Shown piece after piece: positions 26,144-39,943 of a stretch of DNA of 64,000 bases. Each line of letters opens with the position of its first letter. Positions within the stretch are counted from its first letter, which is position 1. The translations under genes and the position numbers were made by a program. The stretch is taken from assembly GCA_964016885.1 (NCBI GenBank), contig OZ024750.1, positions 9,424,001 to 9,488,000 of the forward strand, given 5' to 3'. The notes under the pieces are model-generated. The model worked only from the letters and a program-made list of their open reading frames with translations, did no database searches and was not told the DNA's origin. The stretch comes from Eledone cirrhosa (taxonomy: Eukaryota).

Positions 26144-26451
26144 CATTCATTTTATATATATGTATGTATATATATATTTGTTAGTTTCAGAAGATCCCGT
26201 TAAGGGTGAAAGCAACGATTCTTTGCTTAAACTTTAATCTGTTATTTTAATAAATATATATATATATATATATATATGGAAAGTTATATTTAAATTGTTG
26301 GGTTACAACTAGTAAATATTTATAACTGATATAAAAGCACTCGACAAGTATTTGGTCTGAGGAAGGCATAGCATATTGTTAATATGATATCCCTGAAATA
26401 TATATAATGAAATAGATATGGTTTTATAAATATAGTTTCCATTTATTTAAT

Positions 26452-26507
<56 letters not shown>

Positions 26508-26542
26508 CATCATCATCATCGTTTAGTGTGTGCGAGTGTGTA

Positions 26543-27015
26543 TCCTGCCGAGGTTAACTTTGCCTTTCATCCTTACGGGGTCGATAAAATAAAGTACCAG
26601 TAATGCACTGGGTAATTGCTGGCCTTGTGCCAAAAGTAGAAACAATTATTATTATTAGTATTATTATTATGGAGGCACATGGCTTAGTGGTTAGAGCATT
26701 GACCTTGCAATCGAAAGGTTGTGAGTTCAATTCTCAGACCGGGTGATGTGTTGTTTCCTTGAGCAAGACACTTTATTTCACATTGCTCCAGTTTACTCAG
26801 CTGTAGAAATGAGATGATAGGGACTGGGGTCCATATCATTCCTCAGCAAAGTGACCGTGGAGGTGCCACAGAAAAAAAGCACCCAGCACTCACTGTAAAT
26901 GAGGTTGGTGTTAGGAAGGGCATCCAGCTGTAGAAATCAAGCCAGAATCAGTTCCCGTCCCACCCTTGCAAGCAGGGAAAAGCGGACGTAAAATGAAAAT
27001 GAATGAATGAATGAA
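26543..27015 (+). mobile_element. 3' half of a family B SINE followed by a full family A CORE SINE (26671-27015)
   Basis: Matches 2535-2638 and 2050-2392. Confidence 0.88.
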
Positions 27016-27449
27016 TTATTATTATTATTATTATTATTATTATTGGAAAAACTAAATTTCAAGAGTTCTCAAATACAATTTTAAGATTATCGCTGCATGG
27101 TTGTTGTTGCTGTTAAAAGTACAGAAGCATACATACTTACACACATACATACATATATATATATATATGTGTGTATGTATATGTGTATATATATATATCG
27201 ATAGAAGTTAAACGATGATGATGATGATGATATATATATCTATATATATATATATATATATATATTTATTTATTTATTTATTATAAGAAGAGATTAAATT
27301 TTAAGCAAAGAATATTATTATTACTATGTATATACATATGTATATATATATATATATATATATACTGGTATATATGTACATCTATATATATATATTGGCA
27401 TATATGTATATGTATATATATATAGGTATATATATAGGTATATATATAT

Positions 27450-27494
<45 letters not shown>

Positions 27495-27607
27495 GTATGT
27501 ATGTATGTATATCATCAAAATCGTATTTATTTCCGCTTTTTCACGCTTACATATATATATATATGTACATATGCATATATATGTATGTGTACAGTATATC
27601 TGTACAG

Positions 27608-27644
<37 letters not shown>

Positions 27645-27662
27645 TGACCACCATCTTTACAG

Positions 27663-27669
27663 TTCTGTC
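27663..27669 (+). CDS. Candidate 7-nt micro-exon (FC-P)
   Basis: ccatctttacag| and GTC|gtaagt. Confidence 0.3.
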
Positions 27670-28229
27670 GTAAGTTTTGGAAAGGTTTTTTTTTTTACTT
27701 GCTATAAAAAATCAGCAATTTATTTTTGTAACACAAGAATAGCGGCCATTTTGGTTTTCAATTACCATTTTTATTTTCTACCTTCTTTCTTTCATATATC
27801 TATTATATGTTTTCTTATTTTCCTTTAGTTTCTTTCTCCTTTATCTCACCCTCATTCTCTTTATTCTCTTTTATTCTTTTATTTTTATTCTCTGACTTAG
27901 TCTTTCTGCTGCCATTTCTTACATTTCTGTCTTTGTCTCTGTGTTACTATTTCTCTGTTTTATATATATTCTTCTTTGTTTTTCCTCTCATATTTATCTA
28001 ACACCTCTCTCTCTTCTCTCACATTCATCTAACACCTCTCTCGATCTCTCTTTTCTCTCACATTCATTTAACACTTCTCTCACTCACCCTCTGTGCTGTG
28101 TGTCTCCTTGCTCTCTATGTCTCTCTCTCTCTCTCTCTGCTTTGATTTTCTCTCCTGTCTTTAGTCATATTACGTTAACCATTGCTCACTTTTAAATCTC
28201 ACCATCAGCATCTTATTCTTTCTTAATAT

Positions 28230-28279
<50 letters not shown>

Positions 28280-28314
28280 TAGCGTGGAAGTTAGACATTA
28301 AAATAAGATGATGA

Positions 28315-28399
<85 letters not shown>

Positions 28400-28710
28400 T
28401 ATATATATATATGTTTATACTTATTTCCTTCTTTCTATCTCTTCTTCATTGCCACCATTCTTACCTCAGTAACACACACATCATAATCATCATCACATTT
28501 ATGTCCATTCTTTCCAACTTACATGGGTTATATATATACAGATACATTTATATATGTGTGTATATATATAGTCTAACCCATGCTAGCGTGGAAAGTGGAC
28601 ATTAAACGAAGATGATGATGATGATGTTATATATATATATATATGTTTCATTTTCTTTTTTTAGCTGTCCTTATGCGTGTATTGATTATTTTCAGCTTCT
28701 GCTATACAGC

Positions 28711-28900
28711 ATTGACTATTCATGGTGTATATATAAACGGCCTTACACAGTGTATATATAATATTGACTATTCATGGTGTATATATAAACGGCCTTACAC
28801 AGTGTATATATAATATTGACTATTCATGGTGTATATATAAACAGCCTTACACAGTGTATATATAATATTGACTATTCATGGTGTATATATAAACAGCCAC
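28711..28900. repeat. 52-bp tandem repeat, about 3.6 copies
   Basis: attgactattcatgg recurs at 28711, 28763, 28815, 28867. Confidence 0.9.
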
Positions 28901-29070
28901 TTGTGTGTAATTCACTGGTAGAAACTATATGTTGTATAGAGACTAGATATTGGCAATAGATATATTATTTCTGTATAGTTAAACTTATATATGTATATAT
29001 ATATATATGTATATATATATATACATGTAAATATATGTATATACATGTATATTTATATATATGTATATAT

Positions 29071-29359
29071 ATCATCATCATTTCATTTTACGTCCGCTTT
29101 TTCCCTGCTTCCAAGGGTGGGACGGGAAGTGATGCTGGCTTGATTTCTACAGCTGGTTGCCCTTCCTAACACCAACCTCATTTACAGTGAGTGCTGGGTG
29201 CTTTTTTGCCGTGACACCTACACGACCACTTTGCAGTGGAATGATATGGACCCTAGTCCCTATCATCTCATTTCTACAGCTGAGTAAACTGGAGCAATGT
29301 GAAATAAAGTGTCTTGCGCAAGGAAACAACACATCACCCGGTCTGAGAATTGAACTCAT
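29071..29359 (-). mobile_element. Family A CORE SINE, head-truncated
   Basis: Reverse complement of 2101-2392. Confidence 0.88.
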
Positions 29360-29389
29360 ATGTTCATATATATATATACATGTATATAT

Positions 29390-29419
<30 letters not shown>

Positions 29420-29420
<1 letters not shown>

Positions 29421-29950
29421 AATAGACAAGGGTTAAAATGTCCTCTTCAGTAGTCTGCTGATTTATCATTGGTATTTCGACACATTAAAGACTAGATACC
29501 TAAAATCAGTGTGAGCGATAACTCAATTAAATTATCAGGACAGTGGGAAGACGGAGGGAAGGAAACAAACACATGGTGGTATGCAACGAAAAGAGAGGAA
29601 AAATAGAGACAAGTCAATGAATCACGTGGGCATAAGCCCGACATATCTAATTGACGAGGAGAAATAGACACATCCGAGCTGCGAGAAGATTGAGAGAGGA
29701 AAGAAATTCTCCTCGTCAATTAGATATGTCGGGCTTATGCCCACGTGATTCATTGACTTGTCTCTATTTTTCCTCTCTTTTCGTTGCATACCACCATGTG
29801 TTTGTTTCCTTCCCTCCGTCTTCCCACTGTCTTGATAACTTAATTGAGTTATCGCTCGCACTGATTTTAGGTATCTAGTCTTTAATGTGTCGAAATACCA
29901 ACGATAAATCAGCAGACTACTGAAGAGGACATTTTAACCCTTGTCTATTT
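29420..29950. repeat. 244-bp inverted repeat (29420-29663 / 29707-29950), probably a Penelope-like remnant
   Basis: Arms are reverse complements with about 4 transitions; outer ends carry ctgaagag-gaca..tgtc (5' half of a hammerhead); set in (TA)n. Confidence 0.85.
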
Positions 29951-29996
29951 TCATTCATATATTCATGTTCGCAACAACACAGCATGCCATTTTTCA

Positions 29997-30103
<107 letters not shown>

Positions 30104-30115
30104 ATATATATATAT

Positions 30116-30225
<110 letters not shown>

Positions 30226-30227
30226 AC

Positions 30228-30291
<64 letters not shown>

Positions 30292-30293
<2 letters not shown>

Positions 30294-30608
30294 TGGCCTT
30301 GCAATCGAAAGGTTGTGAGTTCAATTCTCAGACCGGGTGATGTGTTGTTTCCTTGAGCAAGACACTTTATTTCACATTGCTCCAGTTTACTCAGCTGTAG
30401 AAATGAGATGATAGGGACTGGGGTCCCTATCATTCCACTGCAAAGTGGTCGTGGAGGTGCCACGGCAAAAAAGCACCCAGCACTCACTGTAAATGAGGTT
30501 GGTGTTAGGAAGGGCATCCAGCTGTAGAAATCAAGCCAGAATCAGTTCCCGTCCCACCCTTGCAAGCAGGGAAAAGTGGACGTAAAATGAAATGATGATG
30601 ATGATGAT
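30292..30608 (+). mobile_element. Family A CORE SINE
   Basis: Near identical to 2077-2392. Confidence 0.9.
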
Positions 30609-30620
30609 ATATATATACAC

Positions 30621-30769
<149 letters not shown>

Positions 30770-30772
30770 TTT

Positions 30773-30950
30773 ATCCCGGGTTCAATCGGGGGTAACCACA
30801 GTAAGCAAGGTACTCAATGCATAGCAGAGTATAAATCTTTAATGTAGAAAAGGCTTCTACAAGACTAGAGCTGTTTCATTCGGGAGAAATCATCAGGGCT
30901 TCCTGATGATTTCTCCCGAATGAAACAGTTCTAGTCCTGTAGAAGCCTTT

Positions 30951-30953
<3 letters not shown>
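30773..30953. mobile_element. Penelope-like remnant (third family) ending in a hairpin with arms of about 52 bp
   Basis: Arms 30846-30897 / 30902-30953 contain ctgatga..gaaac; related copies at 15620-15672 and 58377-58568. Confidence 0.6.
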
Positions 30954-31024
<71 letters not shown>

Positions 31025-31536
31025 AATAAATATATATAAGAAAGTATGGTAAGAAACCAGGTGGATCTAGCTGTCGAAACAGCCAGAGCTCAGCCGTCGG
31101 GGTCCTGACTCTTTTTCTGTGTTTCAACTTTGAAAAAAGAAAAATGGAGATAGATTTGAAAGGTGGGTGGGGATGACAAGTACAAATTGGAAGAGTTATA
31201 TTAGTCAATTAGTACCACACCTCCTCATGTCTGCTGTTAATTGGATGGTTTGATTTATTGACAAAATTATTCTACTTAACCCTTTAGTTATCAACCTGGC
31301 CAAAACTGGCTCTAATAGTCGCATATATTTCAAACTTCAAATATATAAATAAAGGATGGTTTACCAAAGGGGATCAATAAAAAAAATCACAGTTAAATAA
31401 GGTATCAATAATGTATTTATATATCTGTATAAGAAATGGTGACTTGAATTGACATATTTTTTCTCCAAAAATTCTTTTTTCGTTTCTGTCACAGACCACT
31501 CTTTTCTATCTTTCTATTTCTTCTTTAATTTCTCCT

Positions 31537-31575
31537 ATTTTCTGATGAAGGACTCAGACCTGAAACGTTAAGACT
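31537..31575 (+). ncRNA. Minimal type-I hammerhead ribozyme motif
   Basis: CTGATGA-agg-actcaga-cct-GAAA-C-GT-T; palindromic ACGT stem III; stem I degenerate. Confidence 0.55.
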
Positions 31576-31643
31576 CTTCTTCTAGCATATCAATATATAT
31601 ATATATATAATATATTTCTTCATTGCACTATAAGCAAATACAC

Positions 31644-31691
<48 letters not shown>

Positions 31692-32709
31692 GTGTGTGTG
31701 TGTGTGAAAGGATGTGTTGATGTATGACTATTAATATTAGTATTGTTCTCTTCTTCTACCACTGCCACCTTCACTTATTAAACCTTTCATCATTCAATAT
31801 TTCATCTTTTTCTTCCCCACTTAATTTATTTTCTCCTCTTTTGCTCCATCTTTTCATTTTTCAATCAATATATGTCATTTTTTTCAAATGGTTGCTAATT
31901 GCTATAGCATGCACTTTTCATTTTGCAGCTGATACCATTAGACTAAAAGTCCATTTATACATACATACATATTTATATATATATACACATACATATATAT
32001 ACATATGTATAGATATAGATATATAGATATGTATATATATGTATATATATATATATATGTATGTATATATATATATATATATTTGTATATATATATTTAT
32101 ATATAATGCATATATATATATATACATGTACATGTACATATGTATATGTATGCATATATTTGCAAAAATAATGCATAAATAAACCAGTTGTTGGAAAGTG
32201 TGTCAAAAGCTGGAATACTTCAAGATGTGTTTCTGTCAGTTTGAAAATTATTTATTGTTGAGGTTGTTTCAATAGTAAAATCTTGTCAGATTTTCTCTTT
32301 CTATATCATTCTCTTTGATATTCAACTCTTAACCTATTCAGTTCATTCAGTTTGGATGTTTATATCGGGCATAATATTTCAGACCTCCGAGGATTTGCAA
32401 GCAAGTCCACAAATCATGCAAGGGTTTACTGGGCAATATTGCTGGTATGTTTTGATAATGCTTTTCTCGTCCCTCTTGCTTCTGTAACCTATGGATACAA
32501 CCGGAATCGAGGTTTATGATCACATTATGATACATAGATCTCCAATTCTTCCACTCAGTACAATCATTCATATGTGGAACCAAACTCCCACTGTCACTGC
32601 CTCTGTCTCTCCCATTCTCCCCCATCTCTCAATGTTGTTAGCTGTGTTACTAGTTGACATGAACTGTAGTTTTATTTTCAAATCGTATCTTTTGGTATCT
32701 GGTTAGAAT

Positions 32710-32916
32710 GACTCCGGAAAGAATTGCTGGACAGATTTTATGGGCAAAACCAACCGGCAGGAGACCCAGGGGTAGACCCTGAGCAAGCTGGTTGGATAAC
32801 ATCCATGAGCTTGGCTGGTCCTGCTTGGGGATCCACCCAGATCAGTTGGAGACAGTTGCTTTTGACAGGACCCACTGAAAGGTGTATTTGAGGACTCCGT
32901 TCCCATGACCCTCTCA
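32710..32916 (+). mobile_element. RTE LINE ORF C-terminal fragment
   Basis: QILWAKPTGRRPRGRP*ASWLDNIHELGWSCLGIHPDQLETVAFDRTH matches the RTE 'G.R.RGRP..W...D...L......DR..W' motif. Confidence 0.75.
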
Positions 32917-32988
32917 TATATATATATAAATATAAATATACATATATATATCATCATCATCATCGTTTAACGTCCATCTTCCACGCTA

Positions 32989-33031
<43 letters not shown>

Positions 33032-33083
33032 TAATTAGTCTTCAAATTTATTATTATTACTATATATATATATGTGTGTGTGT

Positions 33084-33335
33084 GAAGGCACATGGCTTAG
33101 TGGTTAGAGCAATTGAAAGGTTATGAGTTCAATTCTCAGACCGGGTGATGTGTTGTTTCCTTGAGCAAGACACTTTATTTCACGTTGCTCCAGTTTACGC
33201 AGCTGTAGAAATGAGATGAAGAGGTACCGGCCTGCCCAGCCTGTGGGATGGCGTTATCTTATGGCTAAAACAGCATGACGTGCTGTGACCAGCGGCGCCA
33301 AATGGACCCCCGACAGACTGGTCGGTCAAGGTGAT
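33084..33335 (+). mobile_element. CORE SINE with a third tail type (family C)
   Basis: Same head and CORE as family A, then a distinct ggcctgcccagcctgtgggatggcg... tail. Confidence 0.75.
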
Positions 33336-33544
33336 ATATATATGTGCATATATATACATATAACAAAGAAGGTGTGGTAAGATACCAGGTGGACCATAAC
33401 GCACCAGAGTACTCGATACTTAGGGTAGTAGAGTGGGTAATAGGAAAAGAGTCAGTACCCCAACGGCTGAGCTCTGGCTGTTTCGACAGCTAGATCCGAA
33501 CTAAACCAGCCGTCGGGGTCCTGACTCTCTTCCTATATATATAT

Positions 33545-33884
33545 ATCATCCTCATCATCATTTTACGTCCGCTTTTCCTTGCTTGCAAGGGTGGGACAGG
33601 AACTGACTCTGGCTTGATTTCTAAAGCTGGATGCCCTTCCTAACACCAACCTCATTTACAGTGAGTGGTGGGTGCTTTTTTGCCGTGGCACCTCCACGAC
33701 CACTTTGCAGTGGAATGATAGGGACCCCAGTCCCTATCATCTCATTTCTACAGCTGAGTAAACTGGAGCAATGTGAAATAAAGTGTCTTGCTCAAGGAAA
33801 CAACACATCACCCGGTCTGAGAATTGAACTCACAACCTTTCGAATGCAAGGCCAATGCTCTAACCACTAAGCCATGTGCCTCCA
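33545..33884 (-). mobile_element. Family A CORE SINE, full length
   Basis: Reverse complement of 2050-2392. Confidence 0.9.
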
Positions 33885-34294
33885 TATATATATATATTTG
33901 GTAATATGACAGATTACTATTGATACCGACAGCACAGACATAAAATTAAGTTAAGTCAAGACAATAATTATTGATTTATTTATTATAACTAGATTTTCTT
34001 TTTTCTTTTTTTCTTCACTCTATCATTCTTTCCACATCTTCTCTCTCCTTCTTCTTAGCTCTTTCATTCTTCATACGTCTCTCTCCTACGTTTTAGCTCT
34101 TTCCTTCTTCTTAGCTCTCTCATTCTTTGTACATTTTCTCTCTCCTTCTTCTTAGCTCTATCATTCTTTCCACATCTCTTTCCTTCTTCTTTTTACCTCT
34201 CTCATTCATTGTATGATTTTTTTTCTTTCCTACTTCTTAGTTTTATCATTCTTTGCATCTCTTTTTTTTCCTTCCTCGCTCTATCATTATTTGC

Positions 34295-34483
34295 AGGTGA
34301 ATTGGCAGTATCGGTAGTGGGTCGGATGCCATGCTTTGACGTACAGAGTTACGGCCCTTGCCATTCTGAGTTCAAATCCCGTCGAGGTTAACTTTGCCTT
34401 TCATCCTTACGGGGTCGATAAAATAAAGTACCAGTAATGCACTGGGTAATTGCTGGCCTTGTGCCAAAAAGAAGAAACAATTA
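34295..34483 (+). mobile_element. OK-like SINE (family B)
   Basis: Matches 2448-2638. Confidence 0.85.
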
Positions 34484-34783
34484 TTTGCATGTCCTCTCTC
34501 TCTCTCTCTCCCTCCCTCCCCCCCTCTCTCTATCCCACCCCCCCCCCCCCCCTATCTCTCTTCCCATCCTGGTGATATCACCTACAGGCTACAAAGAGAC
34601 ACAATAAGCTGTTTGCTAGATTATTTCCCCTCTTTTTTTATGTATCTCTGGTGTTCAATGTGATAAATAATGATATCTCAGATTATTATGGATATCAATG
34701 CAGAAACATGGAATTAAGTTAAGCCAAGACGATATTTATCTGTTTAAACTAGACATTTTTTTTTTACCTTTCACTTGTAACTT

Positions 34784-34844
<61 letters not shown>

Positions 34845-35326
34845 AACTTCTCTTCCTTTTTTCTCTCTCATAAATTTCTCTCTCTCTACCTCTACCCTCT
34901 CCCCACAACTCTCTCTCTCTCTCTCCTCCATGTGATAAAGTTCATAGGTTACAACATCACATTGTATACTATTTACTTGTCATATTATTACTCTATTATA
35001 TAGCTACAACAGTAGTGTAGTGTGATATCACAGTAGTGTGGTAAATGGTGATATCACAACAGTGTAGTGTGGTAATTGGTGATATCACAGTAGTGTAGTG
35101 TGGTAAATGGTGATATCACTATTTATCACACTAGTGTGATAAATGGTGATATCAGCATAGAGTTATGGCCCTTTACGTTGTGAGTTCAAATCTTACCGAG
35201 GTTAGCTTTGCCTTTCATCCTTACAGGGTCAATATAATAAAGCACCAGTAATGCACTGGGGTCAATTTAATTGACTTTCCCCTCTCCCAAAATTGCTGGC
35301 CTTGTGCTTATACTAGAAAACATTCT

Positions 35327-35700
35327 TATTATTATTATTATTGTTCTTTGAGTCTCGGTCATTGATGTTATTTAACTGGAAAGTTTGTTGAAATGAATAT
35401 CAAGCCATTACCTGCAGCCTCAGATATTCAGGACGTATCGGAGGGTTCTTGCTGTTCCCAGCAAGCATGCCTTTTGAAGTGTTCCAAAAAGCGGGGCTGG
35501 ACTAATCTTCTTTAACCATCCTTGGAAACTCTTTGAGATAGTACCTAGTGCGCCTATGACAATCGGGACGACCTTGATTTCATGGCAGTTCCAAATCCTT
35601 TTTAACTCCCACTTTAAGTCCTGGTATCGGTTAATTTTCTCCTTCTCCTTTTCTTGCGCTCTTGTGTCAAAGGAGCAGGCTACATCTACAATCAGGCACT
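35327..35700 (-). mobile_element. R4/Dong-clade non-LTR 3' end with the C-terminus of a restriction-like endonuclease
   Basis: ECLIVDVACSFD..EKEKEKINRYQDLKWELKRIW..VVPIVIGALG..LQKACLLGTARTLRYVL*; short UTR; (TAA)n tail. Confidence 0.85.
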
Positions 35701-36676
35701 CTGGAATGTTGCCAGGCACTCACTGCCCTCTACCAAGCGGGCAATGTAATCAGTGGAACTTCCACTCTCGAGTTCTATAGAGGATTAGTGGTGGGCAAGT
35801 GCGATGACGCACTCGGAGAAGCTTTGGGCCTCGACGAAGTTGAACTGACCAGTCTGTACCGGAGGACTTTTGAGCCGGGGATGATGGACAATTTCCAGAA
35901 ATCCCTCGCTTGGTAGTGCTACCGGGGGGCACTGCCGGTTCAGGATAAACTCTACAGGCACGGAAGTGCTGTCAGACGGACCTGCCCAAGATGCGCACAG
36001 AACGACAAAACCATTCTGCATGCACTTGTCCAATGTCCGAGCATTACTGACTTGTGGAGTTATGTCGAACAGCTACTGTCGCATGTGGAACGAATCCGGC
36101 TATCGGCCGAGTCCATAGTGAAGATCAACCCGCCGCCTTCCTTAGGTCAGGAAGAGCAGGAAATTTTCCTCTGTCTGGTGGCAGTTGCGAAAGAGGTTAT
36201 ATGGTGGGCCAGGTAAAAAGGACTGAAGACAGACACTTTTCTCTTCGGCCAATCCCTCATCAACTTCTTCAAGTTTCACCTGGAAAGGAAGGTGAGGGTG
36301 GAGAGAGAAGTGCTGCCCCCCCAGTACATTTGCTAAAAGGTAGATGAATGTGGCGAGAATGGCTCGTGTGAATGGGCCTAATCTGACCATGTGCCTATAG
36401 GTTAGCTAACTTGAGGAGAGGGGTGCTCTCCCTGGGTGCCCTAGAAGCGCAAGGTGGTTCAGGATTGGTGGGGTACCCGAGTCACCCCAGGGTCATCCAC
36501 CCCTATCGGGGAATTTATTTTGTTGTATTTATGCATAGTTTATTTTATATTCTTACATCTTCATTGTTAAATTAGTCTTGCCATTGTGCACTTTTACTCG
36601 ACCTTATTGTAAACCCCCACTGTCCCTGTCTTTGTATTGTCCCCTACATGTCGGCCCTTGTGGCTAATAAATGAAA

Positions 36677-36733
<57 letters not shown>
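35701..36733 (+). mobile_element. Tx1/L1-clade LINE 3' fragment (zf-RVT C-terminus, 3 premature stops) with 3'UTR and (TTA)n tail
   Basis: SLAW*CYRGALPVQDKLYRHG..TCPRCAQNDKTILHALVQCP..LW...AKEVIWWAR; frame ends at 36400; aataaa precedes the tail. Confidence 0.85.
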
Positions 36734-36734
<1 letters not shown>

Positions 36735-37465
36735 CATCATCATCTACAGGATTCAGTGTGATAACTGTTGACATTGTAGATTATTATTGTGGATGTCAAT
36801 GCAGAGACAAAAGTTAAGCTAAGACAATACTTATGTATCTGTTTAAACTGGATATGTTGCTATGTTAAGAAAACATTCTTAATAACATAAGAGCTGGCAT
36901 AAATTATTGTATGTTTTCTCATTAGCTGATATATTATTCCACTTTAATATCCTATACCAACTTTCTTAAGTAATCTATTTATTCTAAGAACTATGAATAA
37001 GATGTCCAGCCTCAATATTACCTATAGTCAACATTAAAATGTCTTGAATAGTACCAGCTTTTGTTCTACATTTAGAAATATAATTCTGTAATACTAGATT
37101 AGATGAAGCCTTAAAATATAGTGTAATTTCTAGTTGTATACATACTTATATATATATATATATATATATATACATACATACATACATATATATATATATA
37201 AATATATACATACATACATACATTCATACACATACATGCATATATTTATATATGTGTGTGTGTATGCATGTATATGTATATATGAATGTATGTATGTGTG
37301 TATATATTTATATATATATATGTATGCATGTATGTATATATATATGTATACATACATATGCATACATACATATATACATACACACATTTATATATGTATA
37401 CACATACATACATACACACACACACACGCACACATATATATATACATATGCATGCATACATACAT

Positions 37466-37498
<33 letters not shown>

Positions 37499-37521
37499 CA
37501 TACATACACATATATATATAC

Positions 37522-37558
<37 letters not shown>

Positions 37559-37584
37559 CATACATACATACATACATACATACA

Positions 37585-37620
<36 letters not shown>

Positions 37621-37925
37621 TGATGGCTGCCCCCTCGTTATCGAGTATGGCCATTGCACGAGGAGGAAAAAAAAATTAATAAATAAATAAAAAAGAAAAG
37701 AAAAAGAAAAAAAAAGAAATATATATATATATACACACATACATATACACATATACACACATATATATATATACACACACATATATACATTAATAACAAC
37801 AATAATAATAATAATAATAATAATAACAATAATAATAACGACAACAACAATAATAATATACATATACATATATATATACACATACACGCACACATAAACA
37901 TATCTATACACACACATATATATAT

Positions 37926-37958
<33 letters not shown>

Positions 37959-38006
37959 TACATGCATACATATATATATACATACATACATACATACATA
38001 CATACA

Positions 38007-38042
<36 letters not shown>

Positions 38043-38046
38043 TACA

Positions 38047-38650
38047 TGGTGGCTGCCAACTCGTTTTCGAGTATGGCCACTACTTTATATCCATGTAGGA
38101 GAACCCCTACCGATGCGCTGAACGAGTGTGACTTTTTAGTCCAGCCAGCGACTTGAAAACTCTGGTACAAACACTACACTTGTGACAATTATTGACACAT
38201 AGTGTTGGGCCCATGGTACCATGTGATGACAAGTGCAGAGAGATCTCCAGATATAAAGCAATGCCTGTGCCGTGAAGCTTTTATAGTGAGCAAAGGCACT
38301 GCACAAAGCCAGTCCCACTCTCTTAACCAAGATGATATTTACCAAAAAGACGAACAAGTCAACATCATTGGATACCATCAGGGTTGCAGGTGTTATATCA
38401 GAGTTTTCCTTCTCCTAGAATTCTGCCTTGACAAAGGCTAAGGGGTCATCTCTCCCGGTGATTTTGGATGGCCATTGACTCTTAAGAGCTCTTTTGCCCT
38501 TTGACAGGTTTTGTTTTTAGTCCTGCAGGATGTCCAAAGTCACCCTCCTCACCAAGAAACCTTGGTGGGGTTGCCAGTTTAGTCGCCAACGACCCGACCA
38601 TGAGACAGGTTGACAGGTTGTACTGGGATACATGTTACCAGTAGCACCAA
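38047..38650 (-). mobile_element. Probable non-autonomous (internally deleted) RTE-type element
   Basis: GC-richer island between (TACA)n tracts; terminus ggctgcc..ctcgtt.tcgagtatggcc recurs at 37624-37653; ccttctcctag..gcc..caaaggcta block is typical of RTE 5' regions. Confidence 0.45.
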
Positions 38651-38676
38651 TATATATACATACATACATACATACA

Positions 38677-38709
<33 letters not shown>

Positions 38710-39040
38710 GTATATACATGCATACATACATGTTTTAACTCCATCATCTCTATGTCTACTTATATTTTAATTTAATATTCAGTCAGTCAATGAAGCAACA
38801 TCCAATTGTAAAATATTATTCTCCTCATTTACATATATATCATCATCATCATCACCAACAATAACCACCACCACCACCACTACCACCACCAGCACCACCA
38901 CCACCAATCACCACCACAAGCACCACTATCATCATCATCATCACCACCACCACCACCAACTGCCACTAACCACCACCAACACCACCACCCCCAACCACCA
39001 TCCCAACCACCACCCCAACCACCACCATCATCACCACCAC

Positions 39041-39247
39041 TAGATGTGCCACTGGTACAGTCAGTTACTGGGGTGCCACTCTAGGTGTGCCACTGGTACA
39101 GCCAGTTACTGGGGTGCCACTCTAGGTGTGCCACTGGTACAGCCAGTTACTGGGGTGCCACTCTAGGTGTGCCACTGGTACAGCCAGTTACTGGGGTGCC
39201 ACTCTAGGTGTGCCACTGGTACAGCCAGTTACTGGGGTGCCACTCTC
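39041..39247. repeat. 41-bp minisatellite x5, reverse-complement relative of 936-1785
   Basis: RC unit agtggcaccccagtaactggctgtaccagtggcacacctag versus agtggcaccccaacaactggctgtacctgtggcacatctac. Confidence 0.9.
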
Positions 39248-39711
39248 ATTTATGGCATTTAGAGTCCTTCCCAATACTGCTTTCTTTATATGTATGTTTT
39301 ACCAATTTATAGTTCTATCTCAGAACTGTAATGGAAGCTCTGCAACTTAAAGACAACTGTAATGGCTGGCAGAGTATTTGAGATGTTCGTCTCTCAGAAA
39401 CCAAATTGAAATAACATATCCTCTTATTGGTTACTATATAACTTTGGAACCAAATTATTTCAGCTTTAAGTCAGACATAAGCACTAAGGAATAATAATAT
39501 GGTTTCTTCAGAAAGTAATAATTACTCTATTGTTATATTTCAAAGACATTTCTTCAGTATCTGCACTATGTTAAATTCTTGTGAATTCTTCTCTAGCATT
39601 GTTAAATATAGTTCATCTATATTAACAGAAATAGTTTCACTTGAATAATAATAGTACTTGGTTATTAGCTATAAATTCAATTGCTAAATATTTCCTTACC
39701 AAACACGTCAG

Positions 39712-39731
39712 CATTACAGCCTAATATTAAG
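39712..39731 (+). CDS. Candidate 20-nt micro-exon (P-LQPNIK)
   Basis: tgctaa branch-like site, ttccttacc..gtcag| and AAG|gtaaga; alternative acceptor before 39720. Confidence 0.35.
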
Positions 39732-39785
39732 GTAAGAGCCCCTATGGTGTTGCCTGGTATGTTAGAAATAGTAGCCAAATCTCTT

Positions 39786-39943
39786 TTAACCTTTTAAGCA
39801 TTTAAACCGGCCATATTCGGCCAGAATTCTCTCACCTCTTTCTGTTCAAACTGGCCATAACTTGTTCAAAATCTCATGAGATAAAGACTTTACCGCAAAA
39901 ATACAATAGTAAATATAGAGTGATGTAAATGGTAGAGGGTTAA
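39786..39943. mobile_element. piggyBac-like MITE (deleted)
   Basis: ttaacctttt..gcattta / gagggttaa; body homologous to the other copies. Confidence 0.7.

Noticed and set aside
33631-33870. Recurrent '[12 protein letters not shown]...[17 protein letters not shown]' ORF looking like a gene family
   Set aside because: Antisense translation of the family A SINE
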